64,000 nucleotides of DNA, taken from positions 212,226,001-212,290,000 of the forward strand of contig OX597814.1 of the NCBI GenBank assembly GCA_951406725.2, written 5' to 3'. Source of the stretch: Octopus vulgaris (taxonomy: Eukaryota). Shown piece after piece: positions 39,876 to 52,905 of this stretch. The notes under the pieces were generated by a model, which was not told the DNA's origin, did not search any database, and saw only the letters and a program-made list of their open reading frames with translations. The position numbers were made by a program, and so were the translations under genes. Numbering within the stretch: position 1 is the stretch's first letter; every line of letters begins with the position of its first letter.

Positions 39876-40505
39876 TATCTCAGTAACCCACGTCATACTT
39901 CCACTCTTTCTCTTCAAACTATCACTATTTTATTTTAGTATATTTCAGAGTTTGAAAGAAGATACGATAATGTACGTATCACATTGGAGATGCATAAGAT
40001 AGTTTCAAGTATTTAGTTACTTTGGGTAACTACTTTCAAAATATGTATACAGAATATGGGTGATGGAAAAATATCAGATCTGGGACAAACTATCGAGTAT
40101 TGGCAGCCCCTGTATAGACGCTTTATTTGATTTTTTATTAGCTTGGAGATTTTGGAAATTTTACTTCATCAGTTGTTTCATTTATTTGGATTATACAAGT
40201 CGATTATACAATTCTGTGGAAGGCTGGAGTTTATTTTCACCAAAATATGCGAGGAAGTATATCTGTCACTGTTTGGTAATTTCCTCAGACATTTTAAATG
40301 ACACCTGTCATAACAACCAAGTTCCTACGCCCAACCTTCATGAGAGAGAAAAGGCGAGATCTTAAAACAGGTCAACAGTTGTAAGAAGAAGTAACGATAT
40401 GATACGTACATTATTGTATCTTCTTTCAAACTCTGAAATATACTAAAATAAAAGAGGGATAGTTTGAAGAGAAAGAGTGGAGGTGTGACGTGGGTTACTG
40501 AGATA
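39876..40505. mobile_element. MITE-like element with 110-bp terminal inverted repeats
   Basis: tatctcagtaacccacgtca..tgtacgtatca (39876-39986) versus tgatacgtaca..tgacgtgggttactgagata (40397-40505); TA at both ends. Confidence 0.88.
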
Positions 40506-40817
40506 GGCGCAGGAGTGGCTGTGTGGTAAGTAGCTTGCTAACCAACCACATGGTTGCGGGTTCAATCCCACTGCGTGGCACCTTGGGCAAGTGTCTTCTG
40601 CTATAGCCCCGGGCCGATCAATGCCTTGTGAGTGGATTTGGTAGAAGGAAACTGAAAGAAGCCCGTCGTATATATGTATATATATATGTGTGTGCGTGTA
40701 TGTTTGTGTGTCTGTGTTTGTCCCTCTAGCATTGCTTGACAACCTAGCATTTCCTCGACTAAAGGCGGTGCTCCAGCATGTCCGCAGTCAAACGACTGAA
40801 ACAAGTAAAAGAATAAA
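40506..40817 (+). mobile_element. SINE family B with an internal deletion
   Basis: Intact head; 3' half jumps from gcttgacaac to ctcgactaaagg with filler ctagcattt. Confidence 0.92.
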
Positions 40818-41144
40818 ACATTTATCAGATATAAATAAGAACATTTTAAGATGATGAAATAAAAAAATAAATCTAATGACTATATAGTTAGTAGCTATAG
40901 CACCTTCTTGAGAGAAAATACTGCAAAGTCAGCAATTTCTTACCCGGTTTTGTATTCAGACGTAATTTCCAAAACTCGAAAATTACTAAAGAGTATAGTA
41001 GAACAAATGGTATCTATACAGCAAAGTCGTGTAACCAAAACACTCTAAACAGCGATGAGCAAAAAGAAAGCCTACATCTACTTTTCTAATAAAAGGAAAG
41101 CTTATTGTAGCAATTAAACACCAGTTATAAGCATCGCTAGCTGA

Positions 41145-41145
41145 T

Positions 41146-41221
<76 letters not shown>

Positions 41222-41231
41222 CAGCAGCAGC

Positions 41232-41275
<44 letters not shown>

Positions 41276-41336
41276 CAGTGGTGGTGGTTGGTGGTGGTGG
41301 TGGTGGTAGTTGTAGTAGTAGTGGTGGTGGTAGTAA

Positions 41337-41395
<59 letters not shown>
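41145..41395. repeat. (TAG)n/(TGG)n microsatellite
   Basis: Direct reading of the sequence. Confidence 0.97.
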
Positions 41396-41396
<1 letters not shown>

Positions 41397-43740
41397 GCCC
41401 TGTTTTTTAGAACAACTATCAATGTTTTAACCGATTTTTAAGATAGGCTTGTGTACATTTCCGACACTGTATAATACAGTTATCTATTAATTTAAAACGT
41501 ATTTTAAATGTATTTTAATCATACGCAAACTCACTTAAGTTAGAAAATTTGATGTCATAATATTATTGGCTGTTTCTTTTAATATAGTTTATACGAGGAT
41601 GCATACACCATTCTAGCTATTAACGATTTTCCATCTATATAATAAAAAGAAATGTATCTACATCAAAATTAAAATAAACCGCTAGATTTAAAATATTCAA
41701 TATCCTGTCTCTAACACTTCATTTACGGCACTATAACTCTTGAGTTAGAATAACATCAGAACCAAATTTATCCTTCCTATCATTCTGAACATCTGTATCT
41801 ACTTCTGAAATAAATATTGAATTCGATGTAAGTATAGTTTTAATATTTCTTGTAAATATGAAACTTTATGGAGCCATTTTTCTAACACGAGATGTTAAAT
41901 GGAGACTAGTTCATTTCTACTTTTTATCTGATTGTCTCTCTCGAAGTTAAAAAAGACATCATATTCAGTGGGGCATGAAATCCCCCGGATCATAAAGGAC
42001 ATTGAAAACCAAATGCTGTGAAACATCTCTTTGGTGAGGTTGCTTTTTCAGGACTCCGCAGATATTTCACTGCTAATGTTGTAATGTCACTGAATATCTG
42101 TAGTCACCAGTTGGAGATGCCGGAATTTTATTTAGAGCATCCTAGTACCTCGTACGCGATTTTTTAATCGGTAATGATGTCATCCAGATGTCCAATTTTC
42201 AATTAATTAACGAAAACAACTACGAATACATAAAAGTTTGGTAACTACTCCTCCATCTTGCTTCCAGCTCGCAAGTATTGAATTAAAGCAATCACATAGG
42301 AGTCAGTTCCGGCGCCGACAGCACAAAATAATTTGATATTCCTTATACAGTATTTAGTGAACATAATTCATTTATGCTGACATTTTAAGCTACAATCTAA
42401 ATAATTTGTCAAAATTTCCCTACAGCGTACATGACAGTAGTTGATATTTGTACGGTTGGTGCTAGTAATGATGAACCCTCAGGTCATGTCTACAATTAGA
42501 TACATTTTAATTTGACTAATTTATCCATATTTCGTATGCAAGGAACTAAAGTATTCGTTGTACTTCTTATCTTACAACACAAATATTGGTTTCTGTTTAA
42601 GGCTGGTCGAACAATCACATCGCTGATCCCTTTTTGGCGACTAATATGTGTGTCCCAATATATGTGCCTTTTGTGGTATTTGCGTTTTCCACATAATATG
42701 CGGTTCAATTTCCCTGTACTCATGCTTCCTCGAAGAAAAAGGAACATTGACATTTACTGATTCCGAAGTAAAATATTATACAACATATTCTTCCAGTTGG
42801 TTTGAATAGTTGCTAAAATAGCGATATATTTTAATTTGGATATGTATCGAATTCTCGAGTTTGATCTGGAATTTCAGTCATTATTATACAAAGGAACATA
42901 TTACATCGACTAAGAAGTAAGTATTATCACTTATTTCATAGTCAAATCTTTGTAGATTTCAATTCGATTTCTTACGGCTAGCTAGAAAATCAGAGCTGAT
43001 ATTTAATGTGCAAACTATAGATAGAGGTCTCGGGCAATATCCATCATTCAATTCTACTTTTTGATCTCATATTCGAGAAAACTGTTTGTAACATCTGTTC
43101 TGAACAGATGTTATAATCCCTTGATTAAAGAGTTGAAAGCTAGGAGAAAGTTTGCCATAAAAGATTTTCAATCGATATAGATACCTTTGAAATATTTGTA
43201 TTTAAACATTGATAGTCTTCTAATCTGAAATATATTATTGGGTATTTACATTTTGCACTTCCTTTGATAAGTTACGAAAAACATTCTTGAAAACTATGAA
43301 GTAGCATTCGTATAAAAAAGGAATTCTGCTCAAACAAATACGTTCAGATATACGGAAACATATAATCAAACGAATATGAACAAATTTGCAAATATGCATT
43401 ACTCTGTGTGTATGTATGTGTGTGTGTGTGTGTAGGTGTGTGTGTGTGTTTGTGCGTGAAGGAGAGAGGAGACTTACAAGCTGTAATATGCCATACATTA
43501 TTTTCCACATAATAATAATTCATCTATTAACTTTTTTTTCGTGTATCAAAGAACAAGGGCTGTCTTAGATGCTTAATGGCTGATCAAGACAGTCACATGG
43601 AATGTAACTAAATGAGATTTACATTTCAACATATCTCCCCCACCTTGTTGCGTACACACTTCTCAACTCAATGCTGCAGTGCTTGCTCCCATTGATGAAG
43701 AAGCTTTCATCAGCCGGTCAAAAATGTATTCAACAGCAGA

Positions 43741-45063
43741 TACGAGGGGTGTTCAATAAGTAATACTTCTGACCCACTTGTAATTGTTGTTTGATCTAGC
43801 TGAAATTTTGCATGTGCAATTATTTATATCTCTATAGATTAAGTAGCAAATTACAGCTCTGAACTAATTTCTGATTTACATGTGTTTGATTTACATGTGG
43901 TTTCTGATTTACATGTGTTTGAACTGAGTCAAGTGTGAAATGGAGCCTCTTGAGTGTCGAGCAGTGATCCGGTTTTTGTATTTGAAAGGACGCACACCAC
44001 GGGAGACTTTTGATGAAATGAAAGTAACTTATGGTGATGATGCCCCATCATATGAACTTGTAAAACGCTGCCATTGTGAATTCAAACATAGTCGGAACTC
44101 TGTGGAAGCAGCTCCCAGGTCTGATCGCCCCCCTTCTGCCATTGATGAGGCATCTGTCCGTCAAGTTGAGGCTGTCATTTTGAAAGATCGACGCATAACT
44201 ATTCGCCAAATACCCCATGAAGTCAAGATTAGTACCGGGTCTGTGGAAGCTATCATTCATGACCATTTGCATATGCAAAAGGTGTCTGCCAAATGGATTC
44301 CCAAGTTGCTCACACCTTTCCAGAAGCAAGAACGCGTCGATTGCTCGAGGATGAATTTGAAGATGTGCCAAGATGAGACAAATTTTTTCAACAGACTGAT
44401 TACACAGGATGAAACATGGGTCCATCACTATGATCTAGAGACCAAAGCCCAGTCAATGCAGTGGAAGCACCGTGACTCACCTCCTCCAAAGAAGGCAAGG
44501 GTGCAGCCCTCCACTGGCAAGGTCATGCTCACAGTCTTCTGGGACCAAGGACGGAGTAGTGATGACAGATTTCCTGGCAAAGGGTACCACAATTATAGGA
44601 GCCTATTATGCTTCACTTTTGAGGAAATTAAGAGAAGCTATGAAAATCAAGAGGTGGGGCAAGATCAGCAAAGGCATCCTCCTCCTGCAGGACACGCTCC
44701 GGTCCACAACTCGCTTGTCGCCTGATCAGAAGCACAGGCGTGCGGCTATGAACTCCTCCCCCATCCCCCTACTCTTCTGACCTTGCACCCTCTGATTTTC
44801 ACCCCTTCCCAGCCATGAAGTTTTTTTTGAAAGGAAAGCGTTTCCCAGATGATGCAGCCTTGATTTCTGAAGTCACGTCGTGGTTGGAGGACCAAGCTGG
44901 GGCCTTCTACAAAAACGGTCTCCAGAGCTGCATCAAACAATGGGAGAAATGCGTAACTCTGGGTGGTTCTTATGTAGGAAAAGACTAATAACTGTGCCAA
45001 GTTTCGTTGCTCTACTGCTATGGGAAGTGGGTCAGGGGCATTACTTATTGAACGCCCCTCGTA
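43741..45063 (+). mobile_element. near full-length mariner DNA transposon
   Basis: TIRs TACGAGGGGTGTTCAATAAGTAAT..TGACCCACTT / AAGTGGGTCA..ATTACTTATTGAACGCCCCTCGTA; TA target site. Confidence 0.97.
43940..44988 (+). pseudogene. mariner (DD34D-type) transposase with frameshifts
   Basis: CRAVIRFL..WIPKLL..ITQDETWVHHY..GKVMLTVFWD; frameshifts near 44550 and 44695; LLLQD, HPPYSSDLAPSDF. Confidence 0.95.
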
Positions 45064-45706
45064 TGACTGCATGAATATTGCGATACTGTTTCATAACCAA
45101 ACTTTTGTCATGCGCGGAAGCAGATGACAATCAGATGAGGCAAAACCACGGGAATAGGGAGAATGGTCAACAAGTACAAAGCCACAGTCATGCACAGCAT
45201 CCATTGACACTAAGGACGTGTGTGCTGAAGTTTTATGTTAATGAATCGAGAACCTTTGCTCCAGTTTTCCATGTCATTTGCTCTTCATAGCTTTTTGTAA
45301 CTGCCTCGGCAAGTTGGCACTTGCGGTGTTGACCTTTTGAAGTCAATAAACACAATGTATTTTTCATAACCGAAAACAACTGAGGCCATCTCAGCAGATG
45401 AAACGAACTTAGCCTTGTTTGAAGAAGGTGAGAATGATTTTTTTTCCCTACATAGACTATTTACACTCACCATGGCTTCGGAAACGTTCTAGGAGACTAG
45501 CTGGATATGCCAAAAAGAGATTGAAGTCACTTTTGAACAGTCAGATATCAGCTTACTTGTTATGAAGAAATACAGTCATTAATAAGAAAGGTTGAAATTA
45601 ATGCATACAAGAATTCACAGCTGTAGCATCATGCCTTATCGTCAACCTATGAACTTTTCAGTCAATGCTCTTATGAATGTGACTACACAGACAACAAATA
45701 CACTTC

Positions 45707-45749
<43 letters not shown>

Positions 45750-45750
<1 letters not shown>

Positions 45751-45880
45751 GGGGGTGTTGATGTTTGTGTTTGTCCACCTACCATCACTTGACAACCGAT
45801 GTAAGTGTGTTTACGTTCCGGTAACTTAGCATTTCGTCAAAAGATACCGATATAAGTACTAGATTTGCAAAGAATAAGTT
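45750..45880 (+). mobile_element. 3' half of a family B SINE (degraded)
   Basis: gtttgtcc..cttgacaaccgatg..aagataccgatataagtact. Confidence 0.75.
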
Positions 45881-46424
45881 ACCTCTCTTATAGGATCAAC
45901 CGTCCTCTGATCTCGGCATTAATTGTACTCATCTATTACACCAATTAGTGCCCTTAAATTCTATTTTTTAATTTATAATAATAGAAACTATTTATTTTTA
46001 AATTTATGTAATGCTTTTTTGGCTTAATCAGAACGCTGTTGTTATGTAGGGAGTTTCATTATTTGATATTATTTTAGTATGTGACTTTGCCCTTAAATAT
46101 CATCTGTCTAAATGTTAGTGCCTTTTTCAGTTCTGTGGAACACTTACGTGTTATAAGTTTCTTACATACTGTTATATACTTAATTTTTACTACAATTCGC
46201 TATTTACGAGGTTCAGCAATATTTTTCTGTGTTTTTTTTAAAGAAAAAATATAAACGTATATTTATATACACATTTAAGAAAAAAATATAAATGTATATG
46301 TATGTATATTCGAACATGTATACATGCCCGTATATACACACTCAAACACGTTAAAATCCAAAACAAAAATAAGCACAAAATGAGATTGCAAACAGCTAGG
46401 ACATGTTTGGCAAGCATTGACAAA

Positions 46425-46557
46425 CAGTCCTGATTTGATGCACTCTATCAACCCCGAATTGATAAAAATCAACAACAGTAGTGTTTGAACTCAAACATAA
46501 ACGACTTGGATCAAATGTCGTGACGTATTTTCCCCGCTGCTATAACGATTTTCCCAA
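46425..46557 (-). mobile_element. very degraded family A SINE
   Basis: tatcaaccccgaattgataaaa..tttgaactcaaacataa..ctataacgattttccc. Confidence 0.5.
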
Positions 46558-47006
46558 TTTGAAATAAGCATTGTAAAATATATTTTGCAACAATAATAAT
46601 TTTATTCTTATACATAACAATACGATAGTAAATTTTATTTTCGCAGGCAATTTCAATGCAAATAATTTCTCTACAATAAATAACATACGTAATATGGTAG
46701 CACAAGATTATAATATTGCCGTGTATTTTAATTTTCACATCATGTAATCATATTGTAAGCTTCGTATGCACTGAAGAATTGAAAACAATGCAGGAGAAAA
46801 GTAAATATTTTTAACCATTCATTACTTTAATATAAATATTAATATTCGTCATAAATATAGAAACTACGTCTAATATATATTTAAATCGAACTTACAGAGT
46901 TGTTGAAAAGAATAGCACGCTTTTTTATTGCTCAACGCAACAAACACAGGTTCAGAGCATTTTTGACGGCGAGTGTGATAGGTAAATGTGCAGAAAACAG
47001 TATACA

Positions 47007-47905
47007 TATGAGGCGGTATCAAAACGTTTCAGGACTAGTGATGTTTAATAAAATATAACGTATTTATCCAACTTTTCACATCATGTCCTTCGAAATAGGT
47101 GCCTTGCATAGCAATAAACTGGTCCCAGCGTTCCTGACACTTTTGGAATCTGGCCTGCAAGTCGTTTTCCGTAAGCGAGTCCAGGGCCTTTTGCTATTCA
47201 TTCTGGATCTCCACAACGGTTTTGAAATGGTAACATGTGAGCTGCGTGTTCACCTTCAAGGTGAGACAGAAGGCCGTAGGTACTAAATCTGGCGAATAGG
47301 GCGGCTACGGAAGTAATATTATCTTAATTTTGGCGAGAAACTCACGAGTTAGGAGGGCCCAGGGACAAGGTGCAGTGTCATCAATTCTTCATGCTGCACA
47401 GATCCGTCATTTTCACCTGTCTCAAACACTTGAAGCCGTCGCTGATTGTACTCTGACAAGCCTCATGCATGAGCAAAGGAATTTTCTCCACATTTCTGGG
47501 CGTGCAAATCGTGACAGAACTTCCAGATCGCTCATCGTCTTCCAGAGAGATTCTCCCCTTTTGGAAGCGCCCATGCCATTCGAAAAATTGCTTACAATCC
47601 AATGCATCACGCCGTAACCATGCCGAACAATGCCTCTGTAGCAGACTTCCCAAGGTTAATGCAAATTTCCCGCTGGCACGTTGTTCAAACATCCTGTCCT
47701 TGATAAACATCGCAGGTCACTCAAATGACATATACGAGTGGTCACACAAACACAAGTTTCACAATTTCCGAAGTAAAGACACCGATGTCACTCAGCTCAC
47801 TGCTTCATGAATGTCATTGCTAGCTCTCACTGTATACGCAGCAGTGTGCTGCTATCTGTTAGCGCACTAAACAACTAGTGGAGGACTTTTTGATACCAGC
47901 TCGTG
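47007..47905 (-). mobile_element. internally deleted mariner
   Basis: TIRs tatgaggcggtatcaaaa / ttttgataccagctcgtg; EQRASGKF, FEWHGRFQKGRISLEDDERSG, PPYSPDLVP, RWDQFIAMQGTYFEG. Confidence 0.9.
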
Positions 47906-48123
47906 CATATATATATATATATATATATATACATAGTCAAAATGCGATAAAATAAATTATTATCGCCGGTGATCTAGCACAAAAGACATTTTAGCCATAG
48001 GCCATATGTTATTCGTATATAAGTACATTAAAAGGCTTCCAGAAGAAGAAGTGAGTACTAGATACACAAAAGTTGGATAAATTTAGTGAAATGAAAATTA
48101 AAAACCTTTACAAACTCGGTTCA

Positions 48124-48193
48124 TCTTATACTGCAGTTTCGTCTTTTTCAGCATTAAATATAATTTATTGCTCAGGCAGATTCATCAGTAAGA
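48124..48193 (-). ncRNA. type I hammerhead ribozyme (minus-strand copy)
   Basis: Reverse complement of 48513-48582. Confidence 0.8.
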
Positions 48194-48512
48194 CACCTGT
48201 TATTCAAGAGTCTCATATCAATAGAAGCATGTGCGTATCTACTAATTTGCTATCTCTAACTTTTCGGATCATTGCGCAGACGCAGAACGTACCCGACAAA
48301 CAAAGGGGGTTCTGGTATATTGTCTAACGGTCAAAATTTATCGAGAAATACGTAAACATAGTCAAAATGCGATAAAATAAATTATTATCGCCGGTGATCT
48401 AGCACAAAAGACATTTTAGCCATAGGCCATATGTTATTCGTATATAAGTACATTAAAAGGCTTCCAGAAGAAGAAGTGAGTACTAGATACCCAAAAGTTG
48501 GAATAACAGGTG

Positions 48513-48582
48513 TCTTACTGATGAATCTGCCTGAGCAATAAATTATATTTAATGCTGAAAAAGACGAAACTGCAGTATAAGA
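48513..48582 (+). ncRNA. type I hammerhead ribozyme
   Basis: Stem I TCTTA/TAAGA, CTGATGA at 48518, stem II TCT..AGA with a large loop, GAAAC-TGCA-GTA (palindromic ACTGCAGT stem III). Confidence 0.8.
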
Positions 48583-48682
48583 TGAACCGAGTTTGTAAAG
48601 GTTTTTAATTTTCATTTCACTAAATTTATCCAACTTTTGTGTATCTAGTACTCACTTCTTCTTCTGGAAGCCTTTTAATGTA

Positions 48683-48724
<42 letters not shown>

Positions 48725-48788
48725 TATATACATGCATATATATATATATGTGTGTGTGTGAGTATAGGTATGTTTTTATATATATACG

Positions 48789-48826
<38 letters not shown>

Positions 48827-48854
48827 CGTGTGTGTGTGTGTGTGTATACGTTTA

Positions 48855-49288
48855 TATATTTGTTTTGCAAGATTTTTGATGTGAAATCGTATGTTGAAAC
48901 TGATATCGTTGTATTTAGGAATGGCCATTTTGCCAGTTTAGCTAATACAAACACACGCACTATATATTTGGTGTTACTTTGCTTCAGCGTTATTTATTTT
49001 TTACATTAATCTTAATCTTATTTCGGCCAGAGATATACGCATGCACAAATGAAGACACATACAATAGAAATAGAAAACGGCTGACGGTAAGGAGAGACAC
49101 ATAAATAAGAAAGAAGAAAGCAAAGGAACACTGATGCGATCACAGGAGTGTGACGAAAAACTCTGGCCGAAATAAGATTAAGATTAATGTAAAAAATAAA
49201 TAACGCTGAAGCAAAGTAACACCAAATATATAGTGCGTGTGTTTTTATTGGCTAAACTGGCAAAATGACCATTCATAAATACAACAAT
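48855..49288. mobile_element. MITE-like foldback with 128-bp inverted arms in TA/TG microsatellite
   Basis: 48905-49032 versus 49161-49288; same family as 56490-56914 (gttttgcaagatt.ttgatgt.aaat..gttgaa..atggYca). Confidence 0.85.
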
Positions 49289-49289
49289 G

Positions 49290-49320
<31 letters not shown>

Positions 49321-49824
49321 GAATGTAGAGAGTTTTTGAAGTGATATACAGATATTGTATATTGAGAATAATAAGGTAGTCAGAATGTTGCATAAATACA
49401 TAAATTCCGATTTACATATATAGCGCTTTCGTCCTTTATCGGATTTATCTACAAAGTAGTTTATAGTAAGTTTGCTTGGAGTTCTTATATAAAATTGGAA
49501 GTGATGATGTTTTAGGAAGACAGAGATAGAGAGGAGAGACCTGGAGAGGGAAAGAGAGGAACAAATTAGAAAGGAAGTTGCATAGGGTGAGAGAGGAGAA
49601 GAGAATGGGAGATAGTGAAGCTTTAGAAGAGTAAAGTTAAAAGGGCATTTTGGTGGTTTGCAGGGGAAGGGAAAACCAAAAAGTAAGATTTTTGAGAAAG
49701 AGACGTGGCTTTTGTATCAACACTGATTTTAAAGTAAGCACAGGTATGATTTTAAATACAATCTCAAATACATTTAAGCGTTAATTTGTTGCTCCCCCCC
49801 TCTCTCTCTCTCTCTCTCTCTTTT

Positions 49825-50613
49825 TTATTGCCTTGAAAATATTCTCCATATGAAGCGATGCACCGTGCTGTAAGCGTTTCTGCCGTTCGAAGCAATACTG
49901 GAACTTTTGCGAAGTGACGCCTTGTAACGCCTCTGTCGTTTTGCTTTTCCTCTTCCACATCTGCAAATTCCGTAGCACCAGCTTTCGTCACCAGTGATGA
50001 CCTTCGAAAGAGGTCTTGATCAACTTCCAGCTGTTCTTTCAGTTCACGACACGAAATCAGTTGTAACTGTTTTTGATCTTCTGTAAGCAAGCGAGCCATA
50101 CATTTGCTGACAATATTGTCATTCGGAATTCCTTACAGAAAAATCGTTGACAGGAGCTCCAGGAGACACCTGTCATATCAGTAAGTTTGTCACTTGTTTG
50201 CCGACAGCCCTCTAAGATCAGTTCATTGATTTTCATGATGCTTTCATTCGTTCGGGAGGTCGACAGTAGCCCTAAACGAGGTTAGTCCTCAAGCGACAAG
50301 TGACCATTCCTAAAGCGTGAAAGCCATACATAAACTTATTTTCTCATGGCAGTGTCTTTGTAAGCAATTTGAAGCATGACAACTATTTCTGTCGCTGTTT
50401 TCCCAGCGGAAGCAAAACTTCCTGGAAGCACGCTGTTCCTTCGTTTCAGCCATTGAAAAAATCGACTGACAATGGAGAAGCACTGCAAAACAAAGATGCA
50501 CAGGTGGCAGGCCGATACCTGATGATCGCATCAAGTGTTTCTTATGGCGGAAGCCTGAACCACAATGGGCTTGTCCCGCAGAGAAGGTTTCCAGTTATTT
50601 TTGGGTACCCGTA
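49825..50613 (-). mobile_element. internally deleted, decayed mariner
   Basis: EQRASRKFCF, RLLTEDQKQ, ITGDESWC, RCIASYGEYFQG; TIR-like tacgggtacccaaaaataactgg at the right end. Confidence 0.88.
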
Positions 50614-51217
50614 TTGTGATAAAACTAGTACTTTCGGGCGTTATGCCATCATCGGCTTCACGTAGTAGTAGTGACAGTCGTATTCCATAATTGGCAATTG
50701 TTATAAAATGAATAAATTTGACCTTTAAATACCTCCCCAATGGATTCCAGAAGGCTGAATCTTACGAACTATATTTCAACCAATCAGTATGTAGCTTGAA
50801 TTTCACGATTCAGCAACTGCCTCAACTAATTTAGCATTTATCCCACTACTGTCAAAGAAATAATTTCGCCAATTGGTGTGCAGCCTAAATGTCACGGTTT
50901 CGACGGCTCCTCAATGATTCTTTAGTTTGGCTGCACCTAAAGAAATAATTGTTTGGTTATATTTAGGAATGTTGTAAACAACATTACTGTTTTTCTTGAA
51001 TTCTATTGCTACTATTCTTACAATTTTCCAGAAATGTTACGTTTCCATCGAGTCACTATTGGTTAAAGCTACCATCATCATCACCATCACCTTTATTGCT
51101 GTTGTTGTTAGTGGTGGTTCTAATAGCAGTAGTAATAGAAACAGTACATATCATTATCATTATTATCATCATCAACATAATTATCACCGTTACTAAAACT
51201 ATTATTATTACCGTCCA

Positions 51218-52100
51218 TTAAAACGGGTTTCAATTTATCAATGAAATTCTTTTCTACGACATTTCTCTCGACTTCTCTTGAGTTGTGTAATTTATAGAAA
51301 GGGAATGTTATAAACATTTACTGCCCACATGTTGCCAGGTGGTTACTTCAAGGGATCTAACATACATCAAGTTCCCTAACTTGCCACCGGTGCGCACGTG
51401 ACTGTTCCGATGATGTATTCCCGGTTTCATCAACGTATATCTCTTAACAATTCGGTCATTTGATTTAGTAAATTTACATTTCTGCTTTTGTAGTTCATAC
51501 TTGGATTTGCAAATATTCTTCCGGTTTTTGTATTCACACATTGACCGGTATTTTGAACTGGCATGAACAACATCGACTATCTTTGCATTTAGATAAAATG
51601 AATGATGATTCGTCGTTCTTGCTCAGGTCAACCTTTATCTTTGTAAATAATTCTTCCAAGATTTCGGTTATCTTTTACTTAGGACCGTAGCTCGGTCCAT
51701 GATTATATCCTTTAATTCATTACTCTTAGGAATGATCAGCAAGATTTCTTTGGCAATGCTAAAGATACTTTGGTTGCACGGATTGTGTGTCACTATAAAT
51801 GGTATGAACTGTTTTTGTTTTCCTCTTTTTGGGGATTGTCCTAAGTTGTTGCACGGGTATTCCTGTTGCATGCTGGATAGTATATTCTATAAACAGAGCC
51901 GGATGTTTCAACTTAGCTGGAAAAATTTTTAGTACTTTTAGCCATTTATCTCTGGTATTCGCACCTTCCACGATGGTTCAAATTTTCTTGATAGGCAGTA
52001 TGTGGTAGTCCGTTTAATAAGTGTTGGATGGCAGGATTTACATTTCAAGTGTTGTGCATGATTGTATCAGTGGTTGATTACTATTACGCCTAGAAATGTT
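51218..52100 (-). pseudogene. decayed Penelope-like RT thumb plus GIY-YIG C-terminus
   Basis: HPTLIK..YCLSRK, IPFIVTHNP, FPFYKL..RNVVEKNFIDKLKPVL. Confidence 0.75.
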
Positions 52101-52109
52101 TACTAATCT

Positions 52110-52150
<41 letters not shown>

Positions 52151-52186
52151 GTGTGTATAAATATATATCTATATATGTATGAATGT

Positions 52187-52220
<34 letters not shown>

Positions 52221-52224
<4 letters not shown>

Positions 52225-52834
52225 ACAAAGGGTGAATTCACCAAGTAGAATTCGGCATGTAAAAGACCAATTCAAGGTAAGTTTAAGTAATACTAAGTAA
52301 TTAGGGTTCAGCAACGATTTGCCTCACCACACACCGAATTTAGAAATAGCAGTCAAAAAGTCTTGGCTATCCCTTCTACTTTAAAGGGAGATCCCAGTAA
52401 AACCAATGCACTCAAGAACAAACCACGCAGGTGAAAGAGAAAGAAATGACGGAAATCATTCTATATTAAGTTGCCTACGGACGCGCGTTGAAGTGATATT
52501 TTCTAGTGCCTTCAAATTTAATACACCATTATTAATAATTGAGACGCAATTATTGAAGAACCCTACGCTGATGAGGAAAATAGTCAGGTAAGGTATATTT
52601 ATTTATCTTTTATGCTCTATACTGGCTTAATTCCGAAATGCGCGTCCGTAGGCAACATAATATAGAATGATTATCGTCATTTCTTTCTCTTTACCTGCGT
52701 GGTTTGTTCTTGAGTGCTTTGGTTTTACTGGGATCTCCCTTTAACGTAGACGGAATAGCCAATACTTTTTGACTGCTATTTCTAAATTCGGTGTGTGGTG
52801 AGGCAAATCGTTGCTGAACCCTAATTACTTAGTA
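52221..52834. mobile_element. (TA)n-embedded pLTR-like element with 198-bp inverted arms
   Basis: 52291-52489 is an approximate reverse complement of 52637-52834. Confidence 0.92.
52562..52652 (+). ncRNA. type I hammerhead ribozyme
   Basis: Stem I CCTACG/CGTAGG, CTGATGA at 52568, stem II GGAA/TTCC, GAAA-TGCGC-GTC (the inverted arm retains AACGCGCGTC); predicted cleavage after 52646. Confidence 0.85.
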
Positions 52835-52905
52835 TATAAATATATATATATTGGCGATTTTTTCCTCCGTCTTCCCTTCCTTGGATCTTTCCATTTCCTA
52901 TGTTA

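Larger units (their letters stand above)
43600..45480 (-). mobile_element. old mariner remnant split by the younger mariner at 43741-45063
   Basis: KAKFVSSAEMASVVF..IVFIDF (cf. KAKxxxSAGKVMASVFWD) at 45340-45430; HAV|ISAVEYIF continues across the insertion into 43740-43620. Confidence 0.7.
47931..48690. mobile_element. (TA)n-embedded Penelope pLTR-like element: partial tandem plus inverted duplication
   Basis: Direct repeat 47931-48077 = 48356-48502; inverted repeat 48017-48204 versus 48502-48690; hammerhead in both inverted arms. Confidence 0.9.

Noticed and set aside
41950-42780. Possible hAT/BED transposase traces on the minus strand (EARWRSSY, STTNTL)
   Set aside because: The motifs are too short and broken to support without a BLASTx search
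46768-46795. CTGAAGA followed by a small hairpin (also CTGATGA at 14921 and 18770)
   Set aside because: No GAAA or stem III follows, so these are chance core matches
48073-48633. Two ORFs with identical N-termini on opposite strands (MDKFSEMKIK..)
   Set aside because: An artefact of the inverted repeat; no protein motif, and the conserved feature is the RNA fold
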